From Mytilus californianus (Eukaryota), in contig NW_026262604.1 in NCBI RefSeq assembly GCF_021869535.1, positions 3,596,001-3,660,000 on the forward strand: a DNA stretch of 64,000 bases, given 5' to 3'. Every line of letters starts with the position of its first letter. Positions within the stretch are counted from its first letter, which is position 1. Made by a program: the position numbers and the translations under genes. Below the pieces are notes generated by a model that saw only the letters and a list, made by a program, of their open reading frames with translations, ran no database searches and was not told the origin of the DNA. Shown here one piece after another: positions 12,916-26,800 of the stretch.

Positions 12916-13305
12916 GGATGTTCGCTACTCTGTTTGAAAATAACAAGCTTTTTAAATGACTGTTATAAATTGATAGTATATAAATAACAGAAATTAAAAA
13001 GCAGAAAAAAAATGAAAGGTCCACGATCTTGTTTTTGAGATATAATCAATTGAAAATTTGGCGGGAAATGATTCTCTCTAGATTTTTCATACATTTTACA
13101 TTGGCACCTTTTTCTTTCAAAAACTATGAAAAAATAACAAGCATTTTATAAGATTTTCAAATATGGCTTCTTAAACTATATGTAATAAAATTATAAAAAG
13201 AAAAGTAGGGGTTAGCAGGCAAAATGTTTTAATGGCAATACATGGATAAAACCAGAGGATTCCAAAAATCTGACAAAAATTCAAAAACAAGAGGAGCGAA
13301 CATCC
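12916..13305. mobile_element. Non-autonomous DNA transposon (Kolobok-like MITE)
   Basis: TIR GGATGTTCGCT(A/C)CTC, 14/15 matches, flanked on both sides by TTAA (12912-12915, 13306-13309); termini are GG...CC. Confidence 0.8.
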
Positions 13306-13671
13306 TTAATTCAATCATAAGTTTGCCAAATATACGAATTAAATTTTATATTGTGAATGATTATAACAAGGGATAGTAATAGTAAAATGAGTATCAAATT
13401 GCATATACATATTCCTATTGATGACAAGAGGGTACCAAACGTAGTGTATGAATATGTGAAAGGGGTCTCTTCGTGTATGAATAACAAGGAGACTTTCTAT
13501 AGTTCGGATGGTTTATTACCAGAGAATATAAACTCTGAAATAACAAAATTATAAACAATAAAGATAGTTCATGTAACATAGAATATCGTATGCATATGAT
13601 TTTACAGGCAATTATAATGGTTAAAACAATTTCTAGTACCACAGTGTTACTATAAACATTAGATACACATT

Positions 13672-13860
13672 TACTTTAGCTGTATTTGGCAAAACCTTTA
13701 GGAATGTTTGGCCCTCAATGCTCTTCAAATTCGTATTTTATTTGGCTTTTTTTTTTTACTTTTTTAGATTCGAGTCACTGATGAGTATTTTGTAGACGAA
13801 ACGCGTCTTGCGCAAATGCAAATTTTCAATCCTGGTATCTATGATGAGTGTATTTACTAT
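13672..13860 (+). mobile_element. Decayed retrozyme fragment with a degenerate hammerhead (13772-13813)
   Basis: Same family flank (ttagctgtatttggcaaaac...ctcaatgctcttcaa). Core is CTGATGA-GTA...GAC-GAAA-CGCGTC with a stem II mismatch and poor stem I. Confidence 0.7.
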
Positions 13861-15199
13861 GGAATGTTCATTCATTCAATTGTGTAGTGAAATGTGAATC
13901 ATATGTCACATGTACTTTAATTTACCGGTTTCTGTGATCGACGTATAAATATAACGATAATCAGTTTCATTGCGTTTACAACCAAATAGAATTACATGTA
14001 TCTTTAAAATAACTTCTCGCAAGTACATGAAAGTTTACAATTGAACTTTACTAATATATTTTGATCATAATGAAATAGATAATACATGATAAACAGAATT
14101 TATCATTGGTTTCACAGCATTCAAAAAGTATCCACTATGTCTAAAATCGACATATAGATTCTATACATTGATTTGCTAAAAACGCACGATCACCAAAGGA
14201 AATAGTCCATGACTTACTATTATTTCTATAATATAAAATATTACAAAAACTACCAATTATGCACTTACCACTTGTTGAGCGAGTTTTCTAGTAAATAAGA
14301 AATTGGCACAATGTATAACAAGTAATCTACATCAGAGTCCTGAAAACCAAATTACAATAATAAGAACGAACTCTTAGTAAATATGTAAAATACTAAACAC
14401 ATGCATATGACAATTGTATTCAATTCGTCCATATAATAATAGCATTACACAAATTTGTAACTCGAATATTCTTTTCACAATATACATGCCGCCATTTTTC
14501 AAGATGCAGTATTCGTAAAATACTGGTATTCCGATATCTCTAAACATTACTGTTACATTATAACGCTATGACCAGCCTCAAATATTATATTACTCTATAA
14601 AAATAAAAAAAAATGACCTAGCTTCTTTACCAAAATACGCTCATTCAAATCTTTCATTCCTGTGTTATAAACATGCAATCTGAAGAGTATTTACTCGAAA
14701 GTAAAAAAGTTAACCAAATATTTTCATTCGTGTCAAAATGTTAATAAGGAAGGATGTGTAACTTACGTTGTCAGTAACGTAGTCGTGTCTTAGGTTTAAA
14801 GATAATAAAATATAGACAAATAAATGAACGTCTTTCTCCGACCTGAGCACAAAAGAAAATCTCAACTTAACCGCCAAAAACTAAGAACAAATCAAAACAT
14901 GGGTTCGATTTCAACTCCCATGAATAATTATATGCATATATACTCAATACGTGAATTATATTCTAAATCAAGTATTAAAGGATAAATATCCTATAGTAAA
15001 AAATACTTTGAAAGGGTGAAATAATTAAACTAAGTTTAGATAAGAATTTGATAAATAGATTTTCATTATAAATCAATGATTTCTAAAATACAAATTACAT
15101 AATTTATAAAGCATAACAAATCATTCTGCTACACATATGTATTCCTTTTGGTCTGGGTTAATATAGATTCATATCGCCTAAAATATTTCATTAAAAAAA

Positions 15200-17100
15200 C
15201 TTCCTAATATTTCCTTATTTTAATCCTGGTTCCAGTAGAACATATTCATTCAAATTGTCCAATGAATTCATAACATTTTTTCAACAGTTTGTCAATCTTT
15301 AATCCAATTCAAAGTGTGACAGCGATCCGTATCTGTTACAACATAGTCGAGTATTTTGAAAACAACATTTGGTTAACTTTTTTATTGTAAAATTGGTTTC
15401 AACGCCAATGTTTTACGATGGATAACATATTTTCTTTAATCTAAGGATGCATATATACAATTGTTAAAGCATCTTTTAAAATACAAATCGGAACAAATTC
15501 CAGTATTTTTAACCTTTCAGATTTTAATTCGGATGGAAACAAATACATGAAAAATACGCGCTAATCTCTTTTTGCAACAATTTAAAGCGTAAATCGATTG
15601 GTTTTCGATTTATCTAACCTTTCAGATGACATTATCTCAACTAAAATAGAACTACAAGCTGTACAATAAAAATGTTATTTAGTGTTTACATTCATAAAAA
15701 AAACAAGAATGATATAACGTAGGAGACCTGAAGAAAGAAAAAAATACATTGAAATTGTGTAAAAAACTTGTGATATCAAGCAGTTATAAAAAACTCTAGT
15801 GAACTATCAGTGTACATGATAGTGCTGCAATTAAGTGCTGTTTAATTTAAATGTTGATAATCGAAGTGTATCAAAATACTCACCGAAACAATCAGCAACG
15901 GCAAAGGCAACAGCAGCAAGTATAAACAGTTCAGACATCACAAACCTTAACAAAAACTGTATCTGATGGCGGTTGCTTACTTTTTATATTAACATCTAAG
16001 GGGCATTATAGGGGTCGCATGTTTAATAACATTAATATTGATATTAAAGTTTACTTTTGAATTTTGTAATTTTAATACGCATGTCATTCGTTTTTGCAAC
16101 CTTCAACAAATACCGACATCCAGAAAACTCGTGCTTTAGAGATATGATGGTTAACGGTTTAATCAATGTCCGTAGGATCCAGGAGTTTATATCATTTATG
16201 GAAATGTTACACTGTATCATATAATCAAAGATCCATCCATTAATTTGAAATTTTGTTTCTGTAAAACTGTTGCTACCAGTCAATTGTGTAAAACTTGTAT
16301 TGTCTGTTATCTGATAAATACAAAACAAAGCTTTTTTTCTCTGATAAAATTTGTGTTCTAAAGAGTAGGATATGTAAACAACAGTGTTTATTTAAAGATC
16401 TGAAAAAATTGCAAAATAATTAACTATACACAGATTCGCCTGTTATTTAACAGGTTTAGTTACTGCGTCTATCCGTGCTTCTGATAATCATAAATAAGCT
16501 TATTTATATTATTCATATTTCGAGGCAAGTCTAAACATACAAGAATTTTTATTTATTTTGGCACTGTGCGCGTTCGTGTCTACCAGTACTGTTTATAAGG
16601 TTGCTGTTTAAATCGTCTATAAAACACCAACCTAAATAAACGTTTCGAATATAATACTTCCTAATCAACATTATAATACTTTAAGCTTGCTATAATTTAC
16701 TGCAAAAGTTTTGTCATGAGGTATAACATTGTTTAATATTTTGTGTTGTTGTGGTCTATTATACTGTGTTTTTTTTCTATTATTTAGCTTTTTTTTTCTC
16801 TATTATTGATATCTACAAAACTTATTGTATTTTCGTCCGAATGATTTTACGGCGTTTTTCAGACTGATACCTATTTATTAACGCGATAAGGTAATTTGTA
16901 TACACATCTAATCGGGAATAATATTTCTATGTCAAAGTATGTTTGCATAATGTTACCAAAATAACCCTGTTTAAGGTTTGTGCGTCCGAATTCCTTCTTT
17001 AGACTTATCTCCATCCGGAATGCTCAAATATAAATTTCGAAAGTCAGGGATGTATTAATACACAGAATTGTCCAATAGTTTGTACATTCGCAGTTGTGTA
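15200..17100 (-). mobile_element. Possible heavily decayed LINE (RT and 3' region) relic
   Basis: Broken minus-strand translations such as FPSELK..VPI and RTHKP-TGLF..NI..D-MC loosely resemble LINE RT and C-terminal motifs; many stops. Confidence 0.3.
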
Positions 17101-17414
17101 GTTGATTCACATAGAAAACATAGTCTATTAATACTTTTTTTTTATCTTAAATGCATCAAAACAATGATAAAATCGCAATTTTGCATTGGCAAATTTATTA
17201 ATTTTTATCAGCATAATTAGAATTGAAGGTTTTTAGACTCAAATCACAACAATGTGATTACTGTGACCAATACTCTACAGCACTTGTCTAAGTATGCTGA
17301 TGAACACATTTATATTTGAGAGAACATACATGTACCTGATTAGTATTATCTTTACAAGGGTATATTTGAAAGTGCAGAATTGTATGGTAAATATTTTATC
17401 TTTCAAATTGGTAA

Positions 17415-17866
17415 AGGGGTAAATTCAGTAAATAAACATACGTCATCAGGGACCGCCCATTTGGGGGAGAGCTTTCTGTATAAAACTGAAGTCCTGTGCT
17501 CTTCTGATTGGTAGATAATGTTTGTAATAAATATTTTTTGATAGATGGATCAAAACTAGAGTTAAAAAAAATTAAAAAATTAATGCTGAATGCACTAATT
17601 CTTTTTTACTACAGGGTTGAAAAGTAATGGGGGTCAGGAAAGGAATTAAGTGCGAATCTACAATGTTTGTAAACAAGGCCATGTGAATGCCAAAAAATGC
17701 CGCATGACCCTATGTTTTTATTGTTGCAAAAGATGGGGCTACATTTGTACTTTAATGAATGATATATGAAAGCTTCTGATTTCTAAAGTTAAATCAGGTA
17801 TAAATTTAATTCAAGACATGGATTAGCACTAAAGTCAATGGGAGATTGTTTACTGAATTTACCCCT
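17415..17866. mobile_element. MITE with an 18-bp perfect TIR
   Basis: AGGGGTAAATTCAGTAAA ... TTTACTGAATTTACCCCT; TSD not resolved. Confidence 0.75.
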
Positions 17867-20800
17867 ATAGCAACACAGTGTTTTTTTTTATTTCAATAAA
17901 AAAATAGTTTGATCTGCGTAAAAAGTTGTGTTCCACAAATGATGGAAGGTCGATGCTGTACAAGGTACGTATTCAAACATGTTATTATCACAATGACATA
18001 AGATTAAAGATAAAATTGTACTATATCTATGTTATCTGATCATAAAAGTTAAGGTATATTATATAACGAGTGTGCCTGCTGAATTTTCAATCTATATCAA
18101 CTGTCTAAATTTATAAACTTGGTCAGGAACGGTTACATATCGGATACATGTTAAATCATATAAAACTGTTATGAATTAACCGTAAGAAATCCTGAAGTAT
18201 ACTAGTATTTGAAAACTAGGATACTATATTTCATTATATCATTGGCATAAAGAAGCACAGATAAAATTCGGGACGGTCATTTCTAGTTCTAGTTTAAAGA
18301 AACTTAACAATTCAGTGGATATGTCAAATAGTGCATGTGCATTTAATGATGTTGCAATCATACATCTTGGAAAATTAAAGTTGAATCAAAATTAATTTTA
18401 AGCTTCAATGTTTGTTAGGAAGGTATAGAGTTTCAGTGGTCCCCTAAGGTGTTACATTTTCCCATATAAATAACAAACTTCAAAGCCAAATTGCATCATA
18501 ATACCTACATAAGTGCAAAATGGACAATTTTTAAATCTTACATATCAAAATCAGTTTAAAAAGATGAATTTCAATTCGAAATTATTATCTTTCTCTGTAA
18601 ATGTATCCTCAAATTAATTATAAAAGAAAACTTCTTTTCAATAGGGTCTCTGTATGTATCTGTTTTCTTTCAAATTTCCTATGTCAATCTATTCTTTAAC
18701 AATGGTTTATTTTTCTATAATCAACACTTTCATATTCGGTCGTTTTACTGCAGTGATCAAATTATGACTAATTTCGCATTTCGTTTTTTTTATTTCATAG
18801 TTTGAATTGCCCATGTTTTTCTACAGTAAAAGATGGCCTTCACCAAAATTACAATGAGGTAAATTCAAAAGAAATAAAAATCCAATGTGGGTTCCAAAAA
18901 ATCTTGCGATCTATTCCATTTTCTTCAAACAGAATATTTTAATTTTGCAGTAATATCAAAACTTTTAATCTCTCCATGTTTTACACTTCTACACTACTAT
19001 TAATAATGCTCAATTTAAAGATCAGCTACATAATGAGTATCGTAGATGCAACTTTCCTGTTTAAGTCCATGAAATATCTTACTTTGAGAAGAACTACACT
19101 CATTTCAATAACAAACACACAGTAGATGATATCACCAGAATGCTGGATTTTTGACGACCACATATTTATTGATTTTCGATAAATATGTCAACTGAAAGGC
19201 AGTTTAAAAGACGGTGCTAATTGTGCATTCAAATCGATTTGTTTATATACTCATATGAAGCAGAATTCATACACAACCGTATTCATGAAAAAGCATCTTG
19301 CAAAATTTATAATTTCACTTTCAGATATCTATTGCTGATGTTCTGTCACCGTATTGCCAATATTTCTGTTAGTGCTTGCATCTGATATATCTCAGCGAAA
19401 TTAAGGTTAATGAAATACTGAAAGAAGAAGGTTTACTTCATATCTTAATGGGCTTTTTTTATATTTGTTAGACCAGAATAAATAAGCTTTCAATTAAAAC
19501 ATGCTCATTAGTCAAAATGATTTTTAAAATCAGAATAAATATACTGTTTAAGGAGAGACATTCTTTCCTCGTCAAGTTACTATAAAAACGTTTTGTTTTT
19601 GTCTTTGTTTGATTTACTATCAACTTCAACTACCTTTATTGTTGACGTCTTTGTTTGATTTATCTGCATCTATGTCTGATTATTTTAATGAGTTGTGTTT
19701 TATGTCTGGGATATGAATTTACAAAGTATGGGCTTCTGGATCCCAATTTTTGTCACAGTAAAAGAGGGGCGAAAGATTCCAGAGGGACAGTCAAACTCAT
19801 AGATCGAAAATAAACTGACAACACCATGGCTAAAAAAGAAAAAGTCAAACAGACAAATAATAGAACACAATACACAACATAGAAAACTAACGACTAAGCA
19901 ACACGAACCCCGATGTTTTTCATTTTCAGCTAAAATAACATGTTGCTTTTATACTTGTAGATATGGCCACGTATGACAACAGATTAATTGATCTAATGAT
20001 CTGTAGGCTACAAATAACTAAAATCAAGGTCAAATTCACACAAAAAGTGGATTTTCACCTGTTTATTTATATACTTCATATAGAATTGTCCCCTTACTTT
20101 AACATGTGGTCAAAGTTACTAAAATAGACTAAAATGTTGTATGAAAACTGTTTCCTGATGTAAGCTTAATCGAAAAGGTATATGATTACATATATATATT
20201 GAGTGAAAAGATTCGTAAATAGTTTGATCGATAGTTGCCTGCTTCAAGTCCAGAGGCAATTGAGTCATGCATATTCAGGATGAAAACAAAAAGTCAATGA
20301 TATCAAAGGAAGGCACTGCAAGATACGACGACCAGGATAAAGATCATTGGAAGTTATAAGTATGATTGATAGGGAATAAATTGATTTAAATTTGCCTTGC
20401 AACAGGTCTTCTATAGAATCTTCTTAGCGTTGTAGCAGGAGTTCTTTTACGTGCTGCCAGCGTAGCACTCGAATTTACGTGGTATCGAATTTGCATCCCT
20501 ATTCAGATCGGAATTTGCTACTAATGTATACATCCCACACACTCAAATGAACACTCCACGTAAGCAAACGTTTGTATTCGTTTATGGATTTTAAAATTTG
20601 TTGATCTCGAGCACAATTGAAGAGACATTGATTGTCGAAATATTGTCACTTATATTGGAATAACTGGGATAAGAGATTTCAGGAGGTTATCTATCTCAAT
20701 CCTAATCAATTCTACATGTTATATTAATTTTCAGGTCACTGAGTCTAAATTCAAGGATAAAGGTAAACAAAATTGACCCTTATCTGTGTAGGAAAATGGT

Positions 20801-23072
20801 TTAATGATTTTTAATCTCTCACCTTATATCGCATTACAATCCTCTTTTTATATTTGATAACATATATTGACAGAAGATTAAAATAGATTTTCAAAATTTT
20901 CAAATCTCAATGTCTTTGGCCAAAGTTAATAACATAGATGTAATGTAACCATATTCATGTTTGAAATCATTACAGAAAAGGTTCATTCTAAAATAAATAA
21001 AAGATTATTATTTGTTTTGTGTTTATTGCTTGATTTTGAATGTGTTTCTGTTTTTGTTTTTGTTTTTGTTTTCATTTAAAACACAGCCAATGATAAGAAA
21101 ATATCAATAGGTTTATTATACGCGACCAAGTAAAACAACTTATCGACAAAATAAAAAAAAGAAATACGCTTCACCAATTTCACGGAAGTATCTAACCGAT
21201 ATTTTTTTTTTAATTATCCTGCTTCCTCAAATGTTGTGAATGTTTTTACAAACACTACAAATGATCTAGCCATCAATATTAATTTGTTTTTCTTGCAATC
21301 AATGAAATATCAGTAGCCATACAGAAAACGTATAGTAAAAATATTACCAACCACGAAAATCACAAAAAAAACAATGCAAACAAAAAACAAATTAAAAGGT
21401 AAACCACTACTAAAATAACATGCCATTGAATACGTATAGAATTAGAAAGCAAACAAAATGAACTAATTTCCTTGATTAATTACGTATACCTTATTCCACT
21501 GTAATATTATTCAAAGTACTGTTTTAGTACAATGTAGAAATGCGCAGTGAAGTTCAATATTATAAACACTTAATTTTGTGATAGAGTTAATTATCAAAAA
21601 ATAAAACAATACATGCACTTTTGTGTTAAACTGCATTTTATCTTGGTATGATACAGTAATCTTTTACACCTGAAACTAAAACAATCAGTATTCAGATAAT
21701 TGCATTTAAATACTTTAGTTTTTAACATTCGTACCACGATTCACTAAATAATATATGAAATTGATATTTCGAGTTATCGAAACAATCAGGAAAATAGAAG
21801 TCTTTATATCATAAATTAACAATATGAAACCTTCCTAAACACCATCAGTAAAGAGCTGGGCAATGTGCGCATGATACACCGGTTTTTTTTTGAAAGAATA
21901 AAGTGCCATAACTCCTCAATGTCATATCAGAAATTTAAAAAGAAAAAATTAAGGAATGCTAATTGTATGAATATAAACCAATCAACAGAAAAACTGCACG
22001 AACGACTTTTGAAAACTTGGAATTTCCCTTTATACGAATAATATCCCATTTCTCGGAAACATTATAACAAAAATTTATAAATTCGAAAGGAGCATACATT
22101 AATAGATATAAACAATTCACCAAATTTTAATGAAAACTGCTGAAAATTTTTGTTTGAGTTTTTTTGTCTGAAAGGTAGAAAATACGGGCATATAAAAAAT
22201 GCATCAACAATAACTAGCACGTCCTGCATTACTGTTTAATAAGTGAAATACACTGTTCATGATCCATCTATCAATTTCAGTTTAACCATTGTTATATTTG
22301 CATTTTGTTTAACAAAACAATATTTTTTAATGACATTATCTTTTGTATATCGTCTCTTATTAGAACAGTTTCAAACTACAGATGAATTCAGTAAATTAGT
22401 TATTTTCAAAGTCAAACATAACATGCATAAAACGACAATGATACCATAGATATGATTAATTGAAAAGTATACTTCATGACAAGTTGCACAAATACGCTAC
22501 AGTTTTTTTTTAAATCTTTACAATGATTGTATCTACAGGTTCAAACGACACTACACTATGAAGAAGAACAGCCTATGAAACAAAAGTCCACATGATAATT
22601 ACATTTTTTGCGTGTTTTGTCTTCAAATCAGGAGACTATTCCTTCTAGACCAAAGTGCTAGAGTTTGATGTAGTGTAAGCGGCGGGTGAAGAATAGAAAT
22701 GAAGTGGTAACGTCATACAAGAGTGAACATGAGTTTTGTTGCATTTGTGTTTTTTAGAAATTGGTTTTGCCCGAGAAATGAATTCTTATATAATTCTCCA
22801 AGAAGAATTTTGTTTACTAAATCCCTGCTGCAAATTCAATTTTTTTTGCCTTAGTTTATGAATTATTCATCTGCATACCTATCTATTTAATATGATATGT
22901 CATTTTCGTTGAAATTACGTCAAAATATTTTGTATGCAATTCTAGTACAAAATAAATGAAAAAAAATGTTACAGTGGAAATATGCGAAGATACTGCGAAA
23001 AGTATTGTACAAAATTTGCAAAAATCGCAAAATACTGTGGTCAACGTAAATCCTTCATACTCTCCATAATAT

Positions 23073-23837
23073 CTACTTATCATCTTTAATTTTAGTGGCA
23101 AGCAAACTTTCAAATTTTTCAGTTGCTATCTGTATTTTCCGGATGTTTTCCTCCAATCGCATAAGTGATTCTTGTTTCTGCTGAATATCATCATTCAGCC
23201 TTTCGTTTATCCTAAGCAAATTTTCTATTGTTTTAAGTAAAGATTCATCAAAAATTTGGACTACCATTTTACTGTATTCCTTACCAAATGATTTTTCAAA
23301 ACTTTCCTGCAATTTAGACTTTGATATCTGATCGAGACACGCTTTGTATGTATCAAGTGCAAGACATTTACGAAATAACGATGCAAGAAACCTACCCCTA
23401 TCAAGCAAAACAAAAGGAAAAATCAGCACACCAAAGACAATTACAAATATTACTGCCAACAGGAAAAGATTACCCTTAAACTCATCTATAGTTGTCATAT
23501 TATAATTTATGGAAGCGCCTCTTGTATTTATTCCTGTCATCTCAAATTCAATTTCCCGCAGTTCTACATCTAGATCTCGAGAAAGTGATCTGATTTTTTC
23601 AGCTGCATCCTCGATAATTAATTTGACTTTCTGACCTTCGCACCACCGCTTTATTCCACATCTAAACCGAGAGTGCACTTCATCTGGAATTTCCTTAAAC
23701 TGGACTTCACTTATTTTCATTGCACCAGGAGCATTTAAAATTTCTTCTCGTCCTTTACTAGAGTGAAGGTAATTATTCAGCATAGTTGTCAGTTTGTCAA
23801 TGATATAGGGCTTGTATCTTTCCAATTCTAATTTCGC
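23073..23837 (-). CDS. Gene A terminal exon 9 (AKLELERYK...KIKDDK*): stalk plus hydrophobic segment
   Basis: ttgcag|GCG, 765 nt ending in TAG; corresponds to track ORF 23073..23897. Confidence 0.9.
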   Translation of the reverse strand, partial: AKLELERYKPYIIDKLTTMLNNYLHSSKGREEILNAPGAMKISEVQFKEIPDEVHSRFRCGIKRWCEGQKVKLIIEDAAEKIRSLSRDLDVELREIEFEMTGINTRGASINYNMTTIDEFKGNLFLLAVIFVIVFGVLIFPFVLLDRGRFLASLFRKCLALDTYKACLDQISKSKLQESFEKSFGKEYSKMVVQIFDESLLKTIENLLRINERLNDDIQQKQESLMRLEENIRKIQIATEKFESLLATKIKDDK

Positions 23838-26800
23838 CTGCAACAGTAAAGATACACATGATAAATAGAAGATGAGCCTTTTCTGTCGCATTATCAAATG
23901 TGTAATACCGATTTGTGTGCGTCGACAGTTGTTTCATCAGAAAAGTATGACACAAATTAATACAAAATGCTAAACATGATGAACCAAAAAAAACCATAAT
24001 GAACAATATATATAACAACTTAAACCGTCAAAAGCTTAATAAAAATGAAATATTTGATCTTCAGCATTTACTTTCTTTTTAAATATGGGATTTCATGCAA
24101 ATAATTATTATTCAAATATAAATTAAAACAATTTCGATATCTGATAAGATTTAAGTAAGAATTTTATTCGCTTATTGTTTATTTTTCTTCATATTCTACC
24201 AGAATTAAACATTTACACGTGGAATACGTGTATCCGTTAATATTTACGTTTTCTTTACCTTTAAGTTAATCAATATTAATAATAGAAAAAGTACACCCAA
24301 AGGTTACTCATTTTAGAACTGTTTATTTTTCTTATTTTGTCATTCATTTACCAGAAAGCAGTTCACTTTCAAATCTGTAATCCTGACATGGTTCTGTCTG
24401 ACAGTTCTTTTCCGTTCGTTTTCTGACTTTCCCAAAAGTCTACACCTTACCAGTGTACCTCTCCATGCATTTTGTATGAAATTGTTCAAAAACCTACGAA
24501 TAAAAGTGGTTCTTTTATCTGTTATAATTTATGTATTTTAAAAGGCATCTTTTATACACGTAAATATTATATACAATTATATATTTCATTCATCATCATT
24601 TATAAAGTCTTATTACGAAACCTCTTCAACATAGGAAGTCAAATAAAGCCAAAGCTGAAAGTTAGGTATATCTAAACCACAAATAAGACAAAATATATAA
24701 AATGTCTATTTGTCTAAAACAAAAGGTCGTATTGAGGTTCATTTAAACACAATTTATAGACAATGTCGCACTTTTTTTGGTATCTTGTATTAAGAAAAAT
24801 AATTTTGTAAAATGAGTGATTTGTTATTAAGCTTGTTTATGATAAAACAAATTAATGGAATCTATGTAAGCAAACCTGTAGTAGTATTCCACTCTTTTAT
24901 TTTTATTCTTGTCAATCGTTTCTTTTAACATGGTTACAAATCTGTTGTATTCATGTGAAAAATTAACGGCTTTTTCGGCGCCTTTATCGATACTTTCTTC
25001 GGCACATTTTCCCACTTCTTTTTTATCGCCATTTTTAGCGTCTTTTTCTTTTATAATCTGAAAAGGGTTAAAATTAAGGAATATTTGAATAAATGTTATC
25101 ATGTGATGCCGTTTTTAAAGAATGACATCCTAAAACAGAATTGTAACTTTGAATTTGCGTTCTCATGCTCTCTCTTTGTAGCACTAAGTTTGAGAATTCT
25201 AGAATATGTTTTATCAAAACGCTTTCCATAATAGTTGAATAAATGTAAACAAGATTTTTTAGATCCAGCCCGTATAAAACATGTTGAGGAGCGAGCAAAT
25301 GTTGTCTTAATTACATCCTGAAAAGTCACTCAAAATAATCATATTTCTTTTATAGAGACTTGCAATATAATGAAACAGATCTGCACAATTCATTACTTAA
25401 CAAATATTATATTTTATAGTAGGCTAAATTCTTTTTGTGAAAAAGTATTGGTAACAATTAAGCATTTTATTGTGTAGTCAATCATTTCAATGCTGTTCTT
25501 CGGTTCTAAGATAAAGGTCTCATGACCTTCAAATAAGCTCAGATTGTACCTATGTCGAGCGACGTAATAATAAACCGAATAAAAGTACTCACCTGTTTTA
25601 AGCTTATTCGAAATACATTGTTAACATCACAACAACGCCACCCTTCTTTCAATTTTTCTTGAATTTTATTCCATGTAATTGCATGTTGATCATCTTTTTT
25701 ACTTTTTTCATCGTCTTCATCGTCCGATGAATGTTCGTATTTGTCGATAGCATCCCACTGATTTGTTATAAACATGACCTCACTTGGATCAAAACAAGGC
25801 ATTTTATCTTTGTTTTCCGTTATAGTTTCCAGAATTTTTGAAAGCTGAAAGAAGACATTGAATGCATTGATAAAACAATGATCATCAATTTTTAGGGACC
25901 ATAAACTGTTTTCCTTTGTATATATGTTGTAATCATATGTTTTATGTCTTAGAAAATCACTAAATCAAACATTAATTGCCGTTCTAGTTTTCGAGAAAAT
26001 TGAATCTAATGATGAGGGAGTTTGCATTTTTGTATAATATTTGAGGAATGTTATAGACATATTCTTGAATTGATAATAATGGATTATGGTTTAATTAAGT
26101 CAAAAATACGGGGACAATAGATCCATATAAGAAATAAAAGATTATTTTCAAAGCCATGCTTGAAATAAAGAATAATGCTCAACGTTCGTTTACTTTTAAA
26201 TGCCGAAATCGTGTGGATCTTAATTTCAGTGTCATTTTTCTAATTTTGTCTACACTAAATGTTTTTGTCATGCTTTCTAAAAATAGCAATGAACATAATA
26301 TAACACCGTGCATGATTTAGAGATATATCCCAATTGTGCACAAAAAATTGCGCAATCTTGGTTACCTCAGCGCGAAAAAACTAGACGTCGCTGAGTGAGA
26401 GTTTCGACGTCGCTAATCATTTTTCCCGGTCAGGTTATCGGCGTCATTTTTCAACAGTCTGTTACTTTTTGCAAGCGTCCTTATAGTTTATAACAGGTGT
26501 TGACGACTTACAGTCGATAGTCAATGAAAGTCGTGTGTCGATTACGGTTACATAAAATTAAATATTAGAACGTATATTTTATTAGTAGAATATTTAAGAT
26601 GATGTGCATATACTGGTTTTGTGTCATGGATGGATATCCAATATCTTTTGTGTTTCTACTATTTATTGAATAAAAATTATTAAAATAATATTATGAATTA
26701 TTTATGAAGTTATTTTCCGATTTATATTAAATTAAAAATGCTTAGTTACAAATTATTATTATGTCAAATATGTTTAAATAAAAGTTGCCTTAAAGGACGA

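Noticed and set aside
23838-23897. N-terminal parts of track ORFs (MIMRQKRLIF..., MKFFLLL..., MLIDNSIL..., MITFIQ..., MIFFR...)
   Set aside because: Intronic read-through upstream of clear acceptors; paralog homology starts exactly at the AG.
25099-25329. Minus-strand 76-aa ORF in gene A intron 6 as an extra exon
   Set aside because: No donor site, no counterpart in gene B, and no family similarity.
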